The notes: a model not told the origin generated them from the letters alone. 64,000 bases of DNA from Phaeosaccion multiseriatum (GCA_965112735.1 OZ218955.1:930001-994000); one strand, 5' to 3'. Positions 24,184 to 37,370 are shown, numbered from the stretch's first letter. Program-made: numbers and translations.

Positions 24184-25511
24184 TCACGTGAGCTTTCCGA
24201 CCTCCAGCTTCAGAGACAGTCCCCAGTGGTCTAATGGAGGGTGTAGGGGGGGGGTGGGGGTGGCAGTGGAGCGGGCGAAGGAGGGTGAAGAAGAGAATTG
24301 AGCTGCGAAACACAGTTTCAGTTTCAATATCATCAGTTCATAGTAACACACACACACACCTGAAGGGTGCATGTCCACGTCTTCAATGAGCTCTGTGCCG
24401 ATCCACCCCATGGTGCCGTTGTCGGGGAACAGGCGCTTGTCCTGCTGCGACACCCTCACCCCCTTGCCCTTGTTGATGAAGAAACGGTCGAAGCGCGCCC
24501 CGAAGCCTACCGTCCCCCCCACGCGCACCTTCCTCAGCTTGCCATCCTGCGTGTGTGTGCGTGTGCGTGTGTGTGCGCGTGTGTGAAGTGAGAGGTCCAG
24601 TTAGAAAGTGTTTTGCCTCTTGACCATTGACCACTCCAGTATTCTCCTTCTCACTCCCTTTTCTCGTCCTCTTCCCCCTCCTCCACCCCGAGCCCCTCTC
24701 CTCCTCCTCTCTTCCTCCTCCTCCTCCTCCTCCTCCTCCTCCTCCTCCTCCTCCTCCTCCTCCTCTTCCTCCTCTTCCTCCTCCTCTCCTCCTCCTCCTC
24801 TCCTCCTCCTCCTCCTCCCCCTCTTCTTCTTCTTCCTCCTCCTCCTCCTCCTCCTTCTTCTTCTCCTCCTCCTCCTCCTCTTCCTCCTCTTCCTCCTCCT
24901 CTCTTCCTCCTCCTCTCCTCCTCCTCCTCCTCCTCCTCCTCTCCTCCTCCTCCTCCTCCCCCTCTTCTTCTTCTTCCTCCTCCTCCTCTCCTCCTCCTCC
25001 TCCTCGTTCCTCGCACCTCTCCTCTCTCTTTGGTAACCTCATGCGGTTCACACGTGTTCCAATTTTGGAAGGTGTTGAACGTGGAGCCTGCGCCCTTCTC
25101 CTTCTTGTCACTGCGCAGCTCCTCAAAGGCGTCCGTAACTTGCTTGGAGAGGGACTCGGCCTTCACCTCGGGCACCCTTAAGTTGGTATCTCCTGTTGTG
25201 AGGGGGGGGAGGAGGGAGGGAGGGAGGGAGGGAGGGAGGGAGGGAGGGAGGGAGGGAGGGAGGGAGGGAGGGAGGGAGGGAGGGAGGGAGGGAGGGAGGG
25301 AGGGAGGGAGGGAGGGAGGGAGGGAGGGAGGGAGGGAGGAGGGAGGGAGGGAGGGAGGGAGGGAGGGAGGGAGGGAGGGAGGGAGGGAGGGAGGGAGGGA
25401 GGGAGGGAGGGAGGGGGGGAGGGAGGGAGGGAGGGAGGGAGGGGGGACGGGACGGGGGGATGGGGGGGGTGGAAGGGGGGAGGGAGGGAGCCGAACGGAG
25501 CTGAGATTACC

Positions 25512-25559
<48 letters not shown>

Positions 25560-26564
25560 TTACTACTACTACTGTACTACTACTACTACTACTGCTGCTG
25601 CCACTGCACCTGCGAAGACGGCGGGTCCCTCGAAGCTGGTCAGCCTCTCCAGCACCGACCGGAACTGGGCCTTGCGTACACTTGCAAAGCTCTCCTCCCT
25701 GCCGCTCTCAAAGTGCGAGGTGAGGACGAGCAAGCGCAGTCCATTGAACTCCATCTCCACCTCGAGCACATCTCTACCCATGACTGTCTCGGCGAAGGGC
25801 ACTCGGCGACTGACCCCGCCCATGGTGCTGACAGTACGGACCATGGCAAGGGTGAAGTACGGACAGAAGTCCCTGTCATCCTCCTTCTCTTGATGCGGTG
25901 TTGTCTGAAGTGGCTTGCCGAGGATGGTGTAACCCTGGTTGCCGAAGGTTTGGTCCAGTTTGGGAAGCATGCGGAGGGTCACTTCTTGCAGCAGTACCAC
26001 ATCCGGTTGTGGGAAGGTCATCTGGAGGAGGATTGAACACATCTCCGTCAGCCGCGCCTCCCAATGCCTTTCGTCGAGGCCGTCGATGTTCCAAGTCAAG
26101 ACATTGAGCTCCTGCTTGACCTGCGTAGGAGGCACCGAGACGGAAGGCAAGGCGTCCATCCCACCACAAAACGCCTCCTCGCGCCCTTCTCCCTTCTTCG
26201 ACGCTCCTCCCGACCCTGCTTCCTCTCGACCCCGCTTCAGGGGTGGGCCGTCCTCCTTTGAAGCCTTTCGCTGCACCCTCCTTTTCGCTGCTGCTATATC
26301 GTCGGCTTCCGGAGGTGGATCGTCTCCTATTGCTGCTGCTCCCGCTGCTGATACCGCTGCTGCTGCCGCTATTGCTGCTGCGTACACGGCGGATGCCCCT
26401 CGTTTGGATCCAATGGGGCACCGCAGCTCGTGCAACAGGACATTGACGCTGGGCACGGGCTTGCTACAGTACTTGCATGGCGCCATGCTATTGCTTTCCG
26501 CAGCTCCCTCGCTACCGCTGCTCTTCTTCTCCTCTACTCCCTCTCCCCCGCCGTTGGAGGTCAT
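24184..26564 (-). CDS. TDP2: Tyrosyl-DNA phosphodiesterase 2-like EEP nuclease
   Basis: LTWNIDGL, PDVVLLQEV, PYFT, MGRDVL, TSHFES, VFAG|DTNLR, STFNT, ARFDRFF, PS|DHWGL: the full EEP/TDP2 motif set across 4 exons. Start taken as gccATG at 26564. Confidence 0.9.
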
Positions 26565-26708
26565 GGCTTCCAGGATCCAGGAGTGGATCTCGGGGAACAA
26601 CTGAAGTCAACGAAATCCTCCCCCGCGGCCCGGCGCTCCATTTTCCTCCCCTTCTTTCCTCCCTTGTGGGCCTGCTGTTGAGGCGAAGAGGGATTGCTTT
26701 GGTCCAAC
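26565..26708. promoter_or_regulatory. Very short divergent (bidirectional) intergenic region between TDP2 and RBBP5
   Basis: Predicted start codons at 26564 (-) and 26709 (+) are only 144 nt apart. Confidence 0.55.
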
Positions 26709-29700
26709 ATGAACCTGGAGCTGATAGGTGAGAGCAGTGCTCTGGGCTTCGGGCCTTCTAAGGGGAGGAGACTTGTCTTCCTCCTCAATACTTCCTCCTC
26801 ACTTTCCTCTTCAACGCACTCAGCAAGCGAGACCCAAGCAAAGCGGCAGTCCCCACGCGTGCAGCACCTCCACTCGGCAGAGAGCTCTCTTTCCGGCCCT
26901 GGATTGACCCTCGTACCAACTCACTGTTCTCTCTCCGTCTTTCTCTCTCTGACTACTTCACTCTCTCCCTCTGGCCTCTCTTCTCACCCTCTCCCGTCTG
27001 TACCCTCCTTGCCGCTGACGACACGCCCTTCCACGCACACACACACACGCACTCGCGCCCACGCCTGTACCCCACAGATCCATTCAGCAAGAGCGTCCCC
27101 GATCGCCTCGACTCGGAGCTGCGGCACCGAGACGACGACGATGACAGAGCCACTTGCTGCTGCTTCAGCAGGAGGGGCGCCTACCTGGCAGTGGGGTACG
27201 CGTCGGGCGAAGTCGTCATTTGGGACTTCGTCACCAAGTAGGTGGTATTACTCGGCGGGGGGGGGGGCTACAGCCGCTTCCTCACTCACTCATTCACTTA
27301 CCTCACTCACTCCCCCCCTCACCTCACCTCACCTCACCTCACTGACTCACTCACCCTACTCACTCACTCGTACAGCTCACCCCCTTCCCCCCGCTGCATG
27401 CACCTGCTTGTCTTACTGTTGCTCAGAGGCGTTGCCCTGAGATGGGCCGCCCATTCCAAGTGGGTGAGCGTGGTGAGCTGGTCACGGAGAGGAGACCAGG
27501 TGCGACTCAAGGCACAATCACACGCACACACACATGCATACACACACATGTATACACACATACACACACATGCACACACACATGCATACACACACATGTA
27601 TACACACATACACACACGTACTGTACGATAGAAAAGCTGCACAAGTACCGAAGGGCGCACCGCGCACCGCTCAGCCTCCCTCCCTCCCTCTCTCTCCCCT
27701 CCCACTCGATCTCTCTCGATCTGTCCCTCTCTCTCTCTTCCGCCTTCTTCTCTTCCGCCCTCTCTATCTCTGGCCTCTCTCCCCCTCTATCTCTGGCCTC
27801 TCTCCCCCTCTATCTCTCCCTCTCCCCCCTTCTCTCTCTCCCTCTCTCTCTCTCCATCTCTCCCTCTCTCTCTCTTATGCCCTGGTCTTACCTGCACTGG
27901 CCTGGTACGAATGACTGAGTTTCCTCCTTCTCCTCATGTCCCTACTAATTACCATCCCCTCCTCCCTCCGCATGCAAGGTTCTGTCGTCAGGCTATGACA
28001 ACAAGCTGCACCTGTGGAATCTAGAGCCCCCGCATCCCACTTGTCAGGTAAGAGCTAAACAAAGTACTTCGGAACCACACACTTCTCTCTCACTTCCTCG
28101 TCACACACGCACCCACGTCCCACGCACGCACGCACGCACCCAAGCACCCATCCCCCCTTGCTGCGGCACATACGTGTCTGCTGACCAATTCAGTGGCGTG
28201 GAGTGCCATCTTTTGCTGTTTTGCCCTCACGCGAACGTCCTTCTGTGCGCCTGGTGGCTTGTGTGCCCCCCCCCCCGCCCCTCCCTTCCTTCCTGACTAT
28301 CTGACTGTGCCTGGTTGGGGTACCACCTACCATTTGCTGTTGGGTACCTATCGGCCATCGGCATCGGGCAGTGGTCGGTAACGCTCGACAAACCCGTGTA
28401 TGCGTCACATTTACTTCGTCAGCGCAAGCGGCCTCGACGGAAGAGGCAGCAGCAGCAGTTGGTGATACAGCAGCCTCCATCGAGAGGGATCGGGGCCGCT
28501 CCGGGACACAACGGGGCTCGAGAGGAGAGGGCAGAGGGAGCCGTCGGGACAGGCGAGGGAGTGGGCCAGTCAGCAGCGGGGCAAGGGAACGGCACACCAC
28601 ACGCAGCAGACGAGCAAGGGAGGGAAGGATTCGGAATGAACGAGGGCATAGAGGGGGAGGAGGAGGAGGAGGAGGAGGAGGAGGAGGAGGAGGAGGAGGA
28701 GGAGGAGGAGGAGGAGGAGGAGGAGGAGGAGGAGGAGGAGGAGGAGGGAACACTCCAGGTGGTGGCTGCGGCTTGTCTAGAAGACGGGGCCTGCAGGCTC
28801 ATACTGGAGCCGGCTTTGAGGGATGACAGTGGGCCTAAAAAGGGCCCACTCGGAGCCCCAACAGCTGCAGTTGGTGACACAGCAGTTGGTGATACAGCAG
28901 TAGATGCGCCGGGGGTGAAAAATGTGTCTTTTCTGGCATGGGCTGCCATCGGAGGGCGAGAGGGGGGGGAGGGGGGGAGGGGGAGGAGGAGCTCGAAGGA
29001 TGACGACAAGCAAGAAGGGACACGTAAGAGGAAGCGACGAGAAGAGAGCCAAGGCTGTTCGACTTCGAAGTCCTCGAAACAACAGTCGAGTTCGAGTCTG
29101 ATGTCGACGTCGACTAAATCATCGCAGCAGCGGCAGCAGCAACAACAACAACAGAAGGAGAAGGGACAGGGGCAAGGGAGCAGAGGAGGCGGTGATGAAG
29201 TGAAGGCTTCAGAGGACGCTAGTAGTAAAAGTAGTAAGTCATCAAAGGATGATAGTGGAGCGGTGCTGGCGGTGGCATTTGACCGCAAGGGGGGGCGACT
29301 CTTCCTGGGCACTGACCAAGGCAGAGTCCTCGTGGTGAGTGGAGGCGTACGGGGAGAGAGGGAAGAAAGGAGAGAGGGAGGGAGGGAGGGAGGGTGGGAG
29401 GGAGGGAGGGAGGGAGGGAGGGAGGGGAGAGAGAGAGCGGAGGGAGAGGAGGAAGAGGGAGCAAAGCGACATTGACAGTTCCTTCCTCTCTCTCCCTTGT
29501 CCCTTTTCTACTGCCAGCGGGTGCGCTATACGGTTCCTCTCCCGCTCGCTTGTCCCTTACCTTCCTTACCTTCCTTGCCTTCCTTACCTTCCTTACCTTC
29601 TCCTCTCGCCTGCCCTCGCCCGCCTGTGGGTCATTCGTCACATTTAATCCATTGACATACGGTTTCGTTGACAATACGGTTTCATTGGCAATACGGTGTG

Positions 29701-31194
29701 TGTAGTACGGAGTGGACGACCACAGCCTTGTGGCCAAATACAAGGTGTCAGGATGCTCCAACGTGTGGCAGATTGAGTTCAGTAGGTCGGGATCGCGTAT
29801 GTTGATTGGAGCAATGGATCGGATTCTGAGGATGCTTCCGAGCGATGGGGAGGACGGTAGGAGCGAGAGGGACTTTCAAGATGTCATTAATCGGGTGCGG
29901 TGGCAGGTGAGTGGAGGAAGGGAGGGAGAGATGGATGGATGGAGGGAGGGGGAAGAGGGAGAGGGTGAGAGAGAGACAGGGAGGGAGGGAAGGTGGGACG
30001 AAGGGAGGGAGCGAGGGGGGTCGGGGGAGAGAGGGGGGTGGGGAGAGGGAGAGAGAGGCAGGGGGAGAGATTGAGAGGAGGCAGCACGAACGTCATTCGT
30101 CTCCCCCATCAACTGCCATCTATTCCTATGGTATGGTAGAAGCCCCCGCCGCATCATCTGCCACCCACCCATCCACTGCCATCCCTCCGTTCCTTCCTTC
30201 TCTCTCTCTGGTGCCTTCCCCTTCTCTTCCCTCTCCCTTCCCCGCCCTCCTCCTCCTCCTCCTCCCCCTCCCTCCCTCCCCTCCCCCCTGACCTTCCCTC
30301 CCACCCCCCCCCCCGCCGTGCCTTCATAACCCCCTAACACAGTGCTGTTGCTTCTCTGGCGACGGCGAGCACGTTGTCGGCGGCACGATGGAGCCCCACA
30401 TTTACCACTTGCACGTGTGGACTGTCGAGGGTCAACTGATGCAGAGGGTGGAGGGCCCGCAGGAGTCACTCGCAGCGATTGTATGGCATCCATTCAGGCC
30501 CTACATTGCAGCAGCCACTGTCGAGGGAAGGGTGCAGGTGGGTGTGGGTGCGGGTGTGGGTGGGTTTTCGAGTTTGGGTTTGGTGGGAGTGGGTGGGTTG
30601 GTGGGGTGGGTAGGTGGGTGGGTGGATAGGTGGGTGGTTGGTTGGTTTGATTGTCCTTCGTTGCGCTCCCCCCCTCACATGACCCTATCCCCCTTCGGCC
30701 TCCCTTCCCTTGCCCCCTCCCCTCCCTTCCTCCCCTCCCTCCATCCCTCCCTCCCTCCCTCCCTCCCTCCTTTCCTCCCCCCTCCCCCCCTTTCCCTCCC
30801 TCCTTCCCCCCACCCTTCCCTCACTCCCTCCCTCATTTGTACTAAGGTATGGGGTACAGACCACAACGCCAATTGGACGGCCTTCACCAAAGACTTTGAA
30901 GAGATAGAGGAGAACGTGGAGTATCAAGAGAGAGAGGATGAGTTCGATCGGACGGTGGTCACTGTGGCAATGCAGCGGCAGCAGCAGGAGGAAAGGCAAA
31001 AGGCAAGGCAGACGAGGCGGGAGTTGAAGAGGCAGCAGAAGCAGAAGCAGCAGCAGCAGCAGCAGCAGGCAGAGAAGGAGAAGGAGAAGGAGGAGGGGCG
31101 TCTCACCGGATCAACGCCACCACCACCAATTGGTGATGCAGCAGTAGCAGCAGCAGCAGCAGCAGCAGTGGGAGCAGCAGCGCCAACAGCAGCA

Positions 31195-31225
<31 letters not shown>

Positions 31226-31535
31226 TGGGAGCAGCAGCAGCACCAGCAGTAGCACCACCACCGCCGCCATCAGCAGCAGCAACAGCAGCGCTAGAAACGC
31301 CTCAAAAGCGACGGCCGTTATCAGCTCCTGTAGCTCTACACACACCAGGGACGACGGTAGCGGCAACAAATGGCGGCGACGATGACGATTCGGAGAACCA
31401 GCTCATTGACGTGGTGACTCTAGAAAGGCCGGCGGCGTACAGCAGCAGCTCCGATGAGGAATACGATGATGACGATGATGTCGATGAGGAGCATGGTCAA
31501 GGTGGTGGGATGGCAGTAAATGGTGGTGGTGGTGG

Positions 31536-31567
<32 letters not shown>

Positions 31568-31719
31568 GGAAAAAGGTGCGTGGGGCGAGCTTCTTCGACG
31601 ATTTCTTCATTCGAGCCGATGTGTGCGTCGTGGGAAGGGGGCAGGCGACGACGACTGCTGATGTATCACCACCTCCGACTGCTGCTGCTGAATCGCCGAC
31701 TGCTGCTGCTGCTCGATGA
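26709..31719 (+). CDS. RBBP5: Retinoblastoma-binding protein 5 / SWD1, WD40 subunit of the COMPASS H3K4 methyltransferase complex
   Basis: MNLELI|DPF..PDRL; CCFSRRGAYLAVGYASGEVVIWDFVTK; VSWSRRG; FDRKG..GTDQG; FQDVINRVRWQ|CCCFSGDGEHV; LMQRVEGPQE...WHPFRP; NWTAFTKDFEEIEENVEYQEREDEFD; IDVVT. Confidence 0.93.
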
Positions 31720-31995
31720 ACGGCTTGGGTCGAGGGCGTTTACCTCCTCTGCCTCCCACTTTCTTCTGTTGGGAGCGAGGGGAAGTGGCTTCTGCGCTCC
31801 TCGCGTTGACGGACCAAAAGGCCTTCGCAAACCATCCAATGGTTGATTTGGTTTTCCTTCCCTCTGCAGAGCTGGGTAATCGACGAAGGAAAATGTGCGC
31901 GAACGTTTTCAATTTTTTTGCTTCTGTGCCTACTCCAAGGAGCCGTGCTGCTCATACAACTTCGACTGATACATATATTCGACTGGTATATACTC

Positions 31996-32049
31996 TATAT
32001 AATGTATATATAATAATATATTATAATAATATATATTAAATATATATAT

Positions 32050-32092
<43 letters not shown>
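31996..32092. repeat. AT-rich (TA)n tract between the convergent 3' ends of RBBP5 and the MYB gene
   Basis: tatatatata tract. Confidence 0.9.
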
Positions 32093-32097
<5 letters not shown>

Positions 32098-32464
32098 CGT
32101 TGTCGACCCGGTCTATGACCTGTGCCAAGACATTGTACAGGTCTTTCTGCATGCTGGCAGAGGACTTGACACTCTTGGTATGTGTGTGTGAAGTATGTGT
32201 TTGTGTGTATGTGTGTTTGTGTAGGTGTGTGTTCTAATTTCGTTCTAAATACCCTCAAAGCTTGTTGTTTGTGCCGCTGCTCAGTGCGTGCACCCCCCGG
32301 GAATGCCCTTTGCCTGCTGCGTCCTTTTACTACGCAAGTACCACCACACAGCATTTAGGGAAAAGCACAGGTGGTGATACAGTAGCAGTTGGCGATACAG
32401 CACCTGCAGGATTCGGCCTTGACTCCATTCAGGTGTGCGGCCCCCATTCCCTCGTCTCCCCTCG

Positions 32465-34794
32465 TCAGTCGGAAGGATCTCCACTGACTCGAGAACCCGT
32501 TGCCTTCCTCTCCCTCTTGCTGCCGCTGCTCGCCTCCTCAGCCTCCTCGTCCTCCTCCGCCTCCTCCCTCCCCTCTCTCTCTTCCGCCTCCTCCTCCTCC
32601 CTCTTCCGAGACCTGTTGGCCGAGCTCAAGGGCCGTTGTCGTATGGTTCGCACCTCTTGCGCCTGTTGGATCAACGCCGCTCCATTCACACCTCCACCAC
32701 CACCAGGACTACCTGCATCAGTTGGTGATACAGCACCATCAGCCGTCTTGGCTTCAGCAGAGGCTGACCAAGTATCATGGTGAGCCCCTCCTGAAGAGGA
32801 AGGGCTGTGAGCGACTCGGACCCCACGCGCCCCCCCAGCGCCCCCCGGAAGAGGAGAAGGAGGAGCCACAGGGCCCGCCCTCACACTGGCCCTGACCCTC
32901 GCACTCGCATCCGCACTGGCAGAAGCAGGTGGTCTTCCAGGGGGGCTATCCGATGGTGGATCCGACGGCGGATCCGCCGGTGGATCCGACGACGCCCACT
33001 GCCCCGTCCCAGGCTGCCATCCGTGGCGGATAGCGAGGCCCTGGAGGGGCATACCACCCCAGGAGTGGCGGAAGCCCACGCCAGCGATGCCCCTCATTTG
33101 GTCGCCGAGTCGAGGCAATGCTGCTGCTGCTGCTGTCTCACCAACTGCTGCTGCTAGTGGTGGTGGTGGTGGCCGTGCTCTTGCTACCTCTCCTCCTAAT
33201 CCTTCCGCCAGTGTCGCACCAGCCCCTCCTCCTCCTCCTCCTCCTCCTCCTCCTCCTCCTCCTCCTCCTCCTCCTCCTCCTCCTCCTCCTCCTCCTCCTC
33301 CTCCCCTTCCGCCTCCTTCTCCTCCCTCGCCCCTGCCCCTCCTCGTGGGTTCCGTGTGTGGAGGAGGCCCGTGCGTCATCATATGGGGGTGTGATTGTGG
33401 CCGAGCTGTATCACCAACTGCTGAATCACCATCTACTGCTAGTGCTGCTACTGCTGCTGCCGCTGCCGCTGCTCCTGCTGCCGCGCCCGCTACTGCTGCT
33501 GCGGCTTCTCCTTCTTGTGCTGTGCCCGCTACCAGTGACTCCCTATCACTCGGTACTACAGATGATGCTGTTGTATCACCAACTGCTGTTGCTTCCACAC
33601 CACCTGCAGGGCGGATGCCCTCCGACTTCTTTTGTTCGCTTGGCACAGAAGGCGGAGGAGAAGAACAAGAAACCGAAACAGAAGACGAGGAGGAGGAGGA
33701 CATCAAAGACGAAGATGGAGACTTCGGCTTTGCAGACCTCTCTCTGTCTGCCATGCCATCCTGTCTGCCCCGCAGCTTGGTGTGAAGAGGCAGGCGGGGA
33801 GTGGATGTTTGGCTTCCTTCTTCCCCTCCCTCGCCCCCACCGGCGGCAGCCAAGCCAGCAGCTACGGCATCTTGTCTTTGCCGCCGTGTGTACATTTCCA
33901 CCACCTCACCCTCCTCCTGCCGCTGTATCACCAACTGCCGCTGTCTCACCCACTGCTGCTGCTGCTGCTCGTGGTGGTGGTGGAGGAGGAGGTGGTCGTG
34001 GTGGTGGTGGTACTGCTGCTGGTAGTAGCGCTGCTGATGAGGCTGTTGCTGCTGCGGGTGCTGCTGGTGATGGTACTGGTGACCCTCGCCCGGTTCTGCT
34101 CCAGAGGGTGCGAAACCGTCGAAACCGTCGAAACCGTAGCCAAGGACTCCTCCTTGGTTTGAGCGCTGTAATCGAGTCCTGCTCCCCCTCACAGGGTCTC
34201 TGTGCATGGACGCATATGGCGGTGACGGTTGGGTTTGGTGGTGGTGTTCCTGCCGTTGGTTAAGGAGGTGCTGTTGCTGGTGGTATCGCTGTGCGTGTGC
34301 TGGCGCTTCTTCTTGTCTGTGGTGGGGGCGATAGTGGTGGTGTGTGGTGGTGGTCGAGGCGGGGGAAGATGGGGGGCTCGTGCGAGTTGCGTAAACGTAT
34401 CCTGTTCGCAGCGCCAAATGATGCTGCTGAGCTGGTACCACTGTGGGGGGGGGTGGGGGCTGAACGAGTTCCCGCCCCCCTCTTCCACCTTCCCTGCCAC
34501 TGGTGGTGCTGCTGCTGCTGGTACTGCCTTCCGTTGGTGGAGCGCCGTACCCCGGTGGGTCATGCCCTCCTCCTCTTCCTCCTCCTACTCCTCCTCTTCC
34601 TCCTCCTCCTCCTCCTCCTCCTCCTCCTCCTTCTCCTCCTACCCATCCTCCTCCTCGGTAAAGCTGCTGCTGCTGCTGCTGCCCCTGCTGCTGCTGCTGC
34701 CCCAGTTGCTGGAGGCGCTGGTGTATCGCCAACCGGTGGTGTTGGTCCCTGTGCCACTGCGGATGGGGGTACGCCCCATACCCTGCTGCCGAGC

Positions 34795-34837
<43 letters not shown>

Positions 34838-36163
34838 GTGGTGGTGGTCGCCTCTCTCTCTGTCTTGCATGGCCCGAGTGCCCCCTCCCCCTCCCCCTCC
34901 CCCAACACTCGCTTGCCCTACGCCTGCCAACACAAACGACAAGAGTCACAACAACAAAATTGGGAAGGGTGGTTGGTGAGTATCAAAACAAGGAGGGGGG
35001 GTAGAGAAGATAAGATATACATAGCCTTCTTTCTGCTGGAGGGCCCCCGGTCAGGAGAAAAAAGAAAAAAAAATATTGTCCTGCTCTCCGATGATTCAGA
35101 ACAGCGCACTTTACAAGAGGAGGGAAGAAAGAGGAAAGGGGGGAAGGGAACGAGCGAGTTGTTTGGTTGGGTCGATACTTACGCGAGACAGCAACAACAG
35201 GCCGCGATGCTGCAGGGCCTGCCGCCGCTGAGAGGAAGCCCTGCTGCTGCTGCTGCTGCTGCTGCTTCTGCTGCTTCTGCTGCTGCTGCTTCTGCTGCTG
35301 CTGCTTCTGCTGCTTCTGCTGCTTCTGCTGCTGCTTCTCTTTCGCCACCTGCTGTCGGTGCTGCTGCAATCGTTTCGCAGGTATCTTTTTGGAATCATGC
35401 AGTTTCATGGAGTTCCACTGGTTCTTGATGTTATGATCCCTCCTGCCGGGGAGCTGGTGAGCGAGTGAGAGAGTGAGGGCGAGAGGACCACACGCAAAAA
35501 AGAGCGAGGCAGCCAGGCGACAAGCGACACTCAAATGTTAGAATAGGTAGGTAGGTGGGTAGGTGGGAAGGCAGGTTAGAGCCACACCCCTCCCACTTGA
35601 CTTGGAACTGAAAACTCTTCCACTCTCCTCCCCTCCCTGCCTCCCACTTCGCCATCCATACCCCCCTCCCCTCCTCCTCTCTCGGTCTCGGTCTGTCTCT
35701 CTTTGTGTCTGTCTCTCTATCCAACTCTCTCCCTCGCTCCTTCCCCCTCTCTCCCTCCCTCTCCCCCCTTCTCTCTCCCTACCTCTCCCCCCCTTTCTCC
35801 CTCTCTCGCAGTTTCTCCCCTCTCACTCTGTGCATCCACTCACGTACACAGATATTCCCTTTCCCTCTCTCTCTCCCTCACTCTCCCCCTTCTCTCTCTC
35901 CATCTCTCTCTCCCCCCCTTTCGCCCTTCTCTCTCTCTCTCCTCCCCTCTCCCCCCCTCTCTCTTTCTCCATCCCTCCTCCATCTCCCTCTGTGTGTCTG
36001 AGTATGCACTCACGTAGCCAGATATCAAGGTCCACTTGTTGCCATGCAGTTGGTGCGCACTGCGTAGAATGGCAAGCTCCTCCTCTGTCCATGCGCCCTT
36101 CCGCACCACCGGATCTGAGGAGGTGAGGCAAGACAAAGGCGGGGGAGGGAAAGGAGGAGGAGG

Positions 36164-36210
<47 letters not shown>

Positions 36211-37370
36211 AAGGAGGAGGAGGAGGAGGAGGAGGAGGAGGAGGAGGAGGAGGAGGAGGAGGAGGAGGAGGAGGAGGAGGAGAAGGGAACAAGCTCATGC
36301 GCTCAGCAGAGTGGGGTCTAGATTCTTGCTCTAGTATAGTATGCACAGGGGGGGGAGGAGGAGGGGGGGGGGGCATCCCTGTTCCTTCGGCGGTGGGAGT
36401 AAAGTATCATATCGCACGGCCACACGTGTGATTGAGCGAGAAACGTACCGAGGTGGTTGTGCCACCTGTCCCAGCACTGTTTGGGGGTCCTCTGGATGCT
36501 CTGCCCCTTGCACTGCTGCTGCAGCTTGATGGCTACTTGCTTCCAGTCGTAGCCCCCACGGGGGTCTTCATTGGGAATGGCGGACAACCGAGGCCGACCC
36601 CGACCGGGACCACCCTCTCGGAGCTGATGAGGCGAGAGCCTCGGAGGCTCCTCCTCCATGAGACGACGCAGGATGGTGTTCTCCTCATCGGTCCAGAGGT
36701 TTCTGGTACGCGTTGTGCTGCTGGAGGCCTTTGTTTGCTCGCCTGGCTGCTGCTGCGAGTGGGGCGGCCGCTGGTAGTGTTGCTGTTGCTGATGATACTC
36801 GTGGGGCTCATCCTCATTATGCTGCCGCGGCCTCTTTCTGGTTGTCCCGCTGCTGCGGCGGCTGCCACTACTGGTACTGGTGGTGAAGCCCCCGCTACTC
36901 GTGCTGCTATTGCTGCTGCTACTGCTACTAAAGCCATGCTCCAGGTTCAACCGGCCGGGCGAGGATGGAAGGCCGAGCGAGCCGGACAAGAGCGGCTCCA
37001 GTACCACGCCGGCTCTCCTGCCATCCACCAGTCGCGGCGGGTCGTCGTCTGCGGACTGCTGCACTACCCCTGGCCCTCCCCTCCGTTCAGCCCCCTCCCC
37101 CCTCCACGCCGCCCCCGTCCCTTCTCGATTTCGATTTACTTCTTCCCATGCTGCCGGCTCCTCCCGCTCCTGGTGTTCAGTCGCAGCAATCGTCAGTGCC
37201 GTCAGGCTGCTGCTGCGAGGCGCCGGGTGGGAGGCAGCGCCGGCCTTGCGAGCGTCTCCACCCCGCGGCCTCTTGCGCCCTTTGCCTTTGCCCTCTCCGC
37301 CGCTGCCTGAATCTCGCTCCCTGTCCTCTCCCTTCCCCTGCCCATCATCCAGCCCTCTGTGCATTGCCAT
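32465..37370 (-). CDS. R2R3-type MYB transcription factor (~1250 aa, mostly low complexity); exons ~37370-36449, 36114-36014, 35453-35183, 34923-32465
   Basis: WTDEENTIL...DWKQVA...RTPKQCWDRWHNHL|DPVVRKGAWTEEELAILRSAHQLHGNKWTLISGY|LPGRRDHNIKNQWN. Junction phases are consistent; start codon is inferred. Confidence 0.85.

Noticed and set aside
26561-26788. Upstream ORF as a frameshifted TDP2 N-terminus
   Set aside because: It overlaps the RBBP5 first exon, and a good gccATG exists at 26564.
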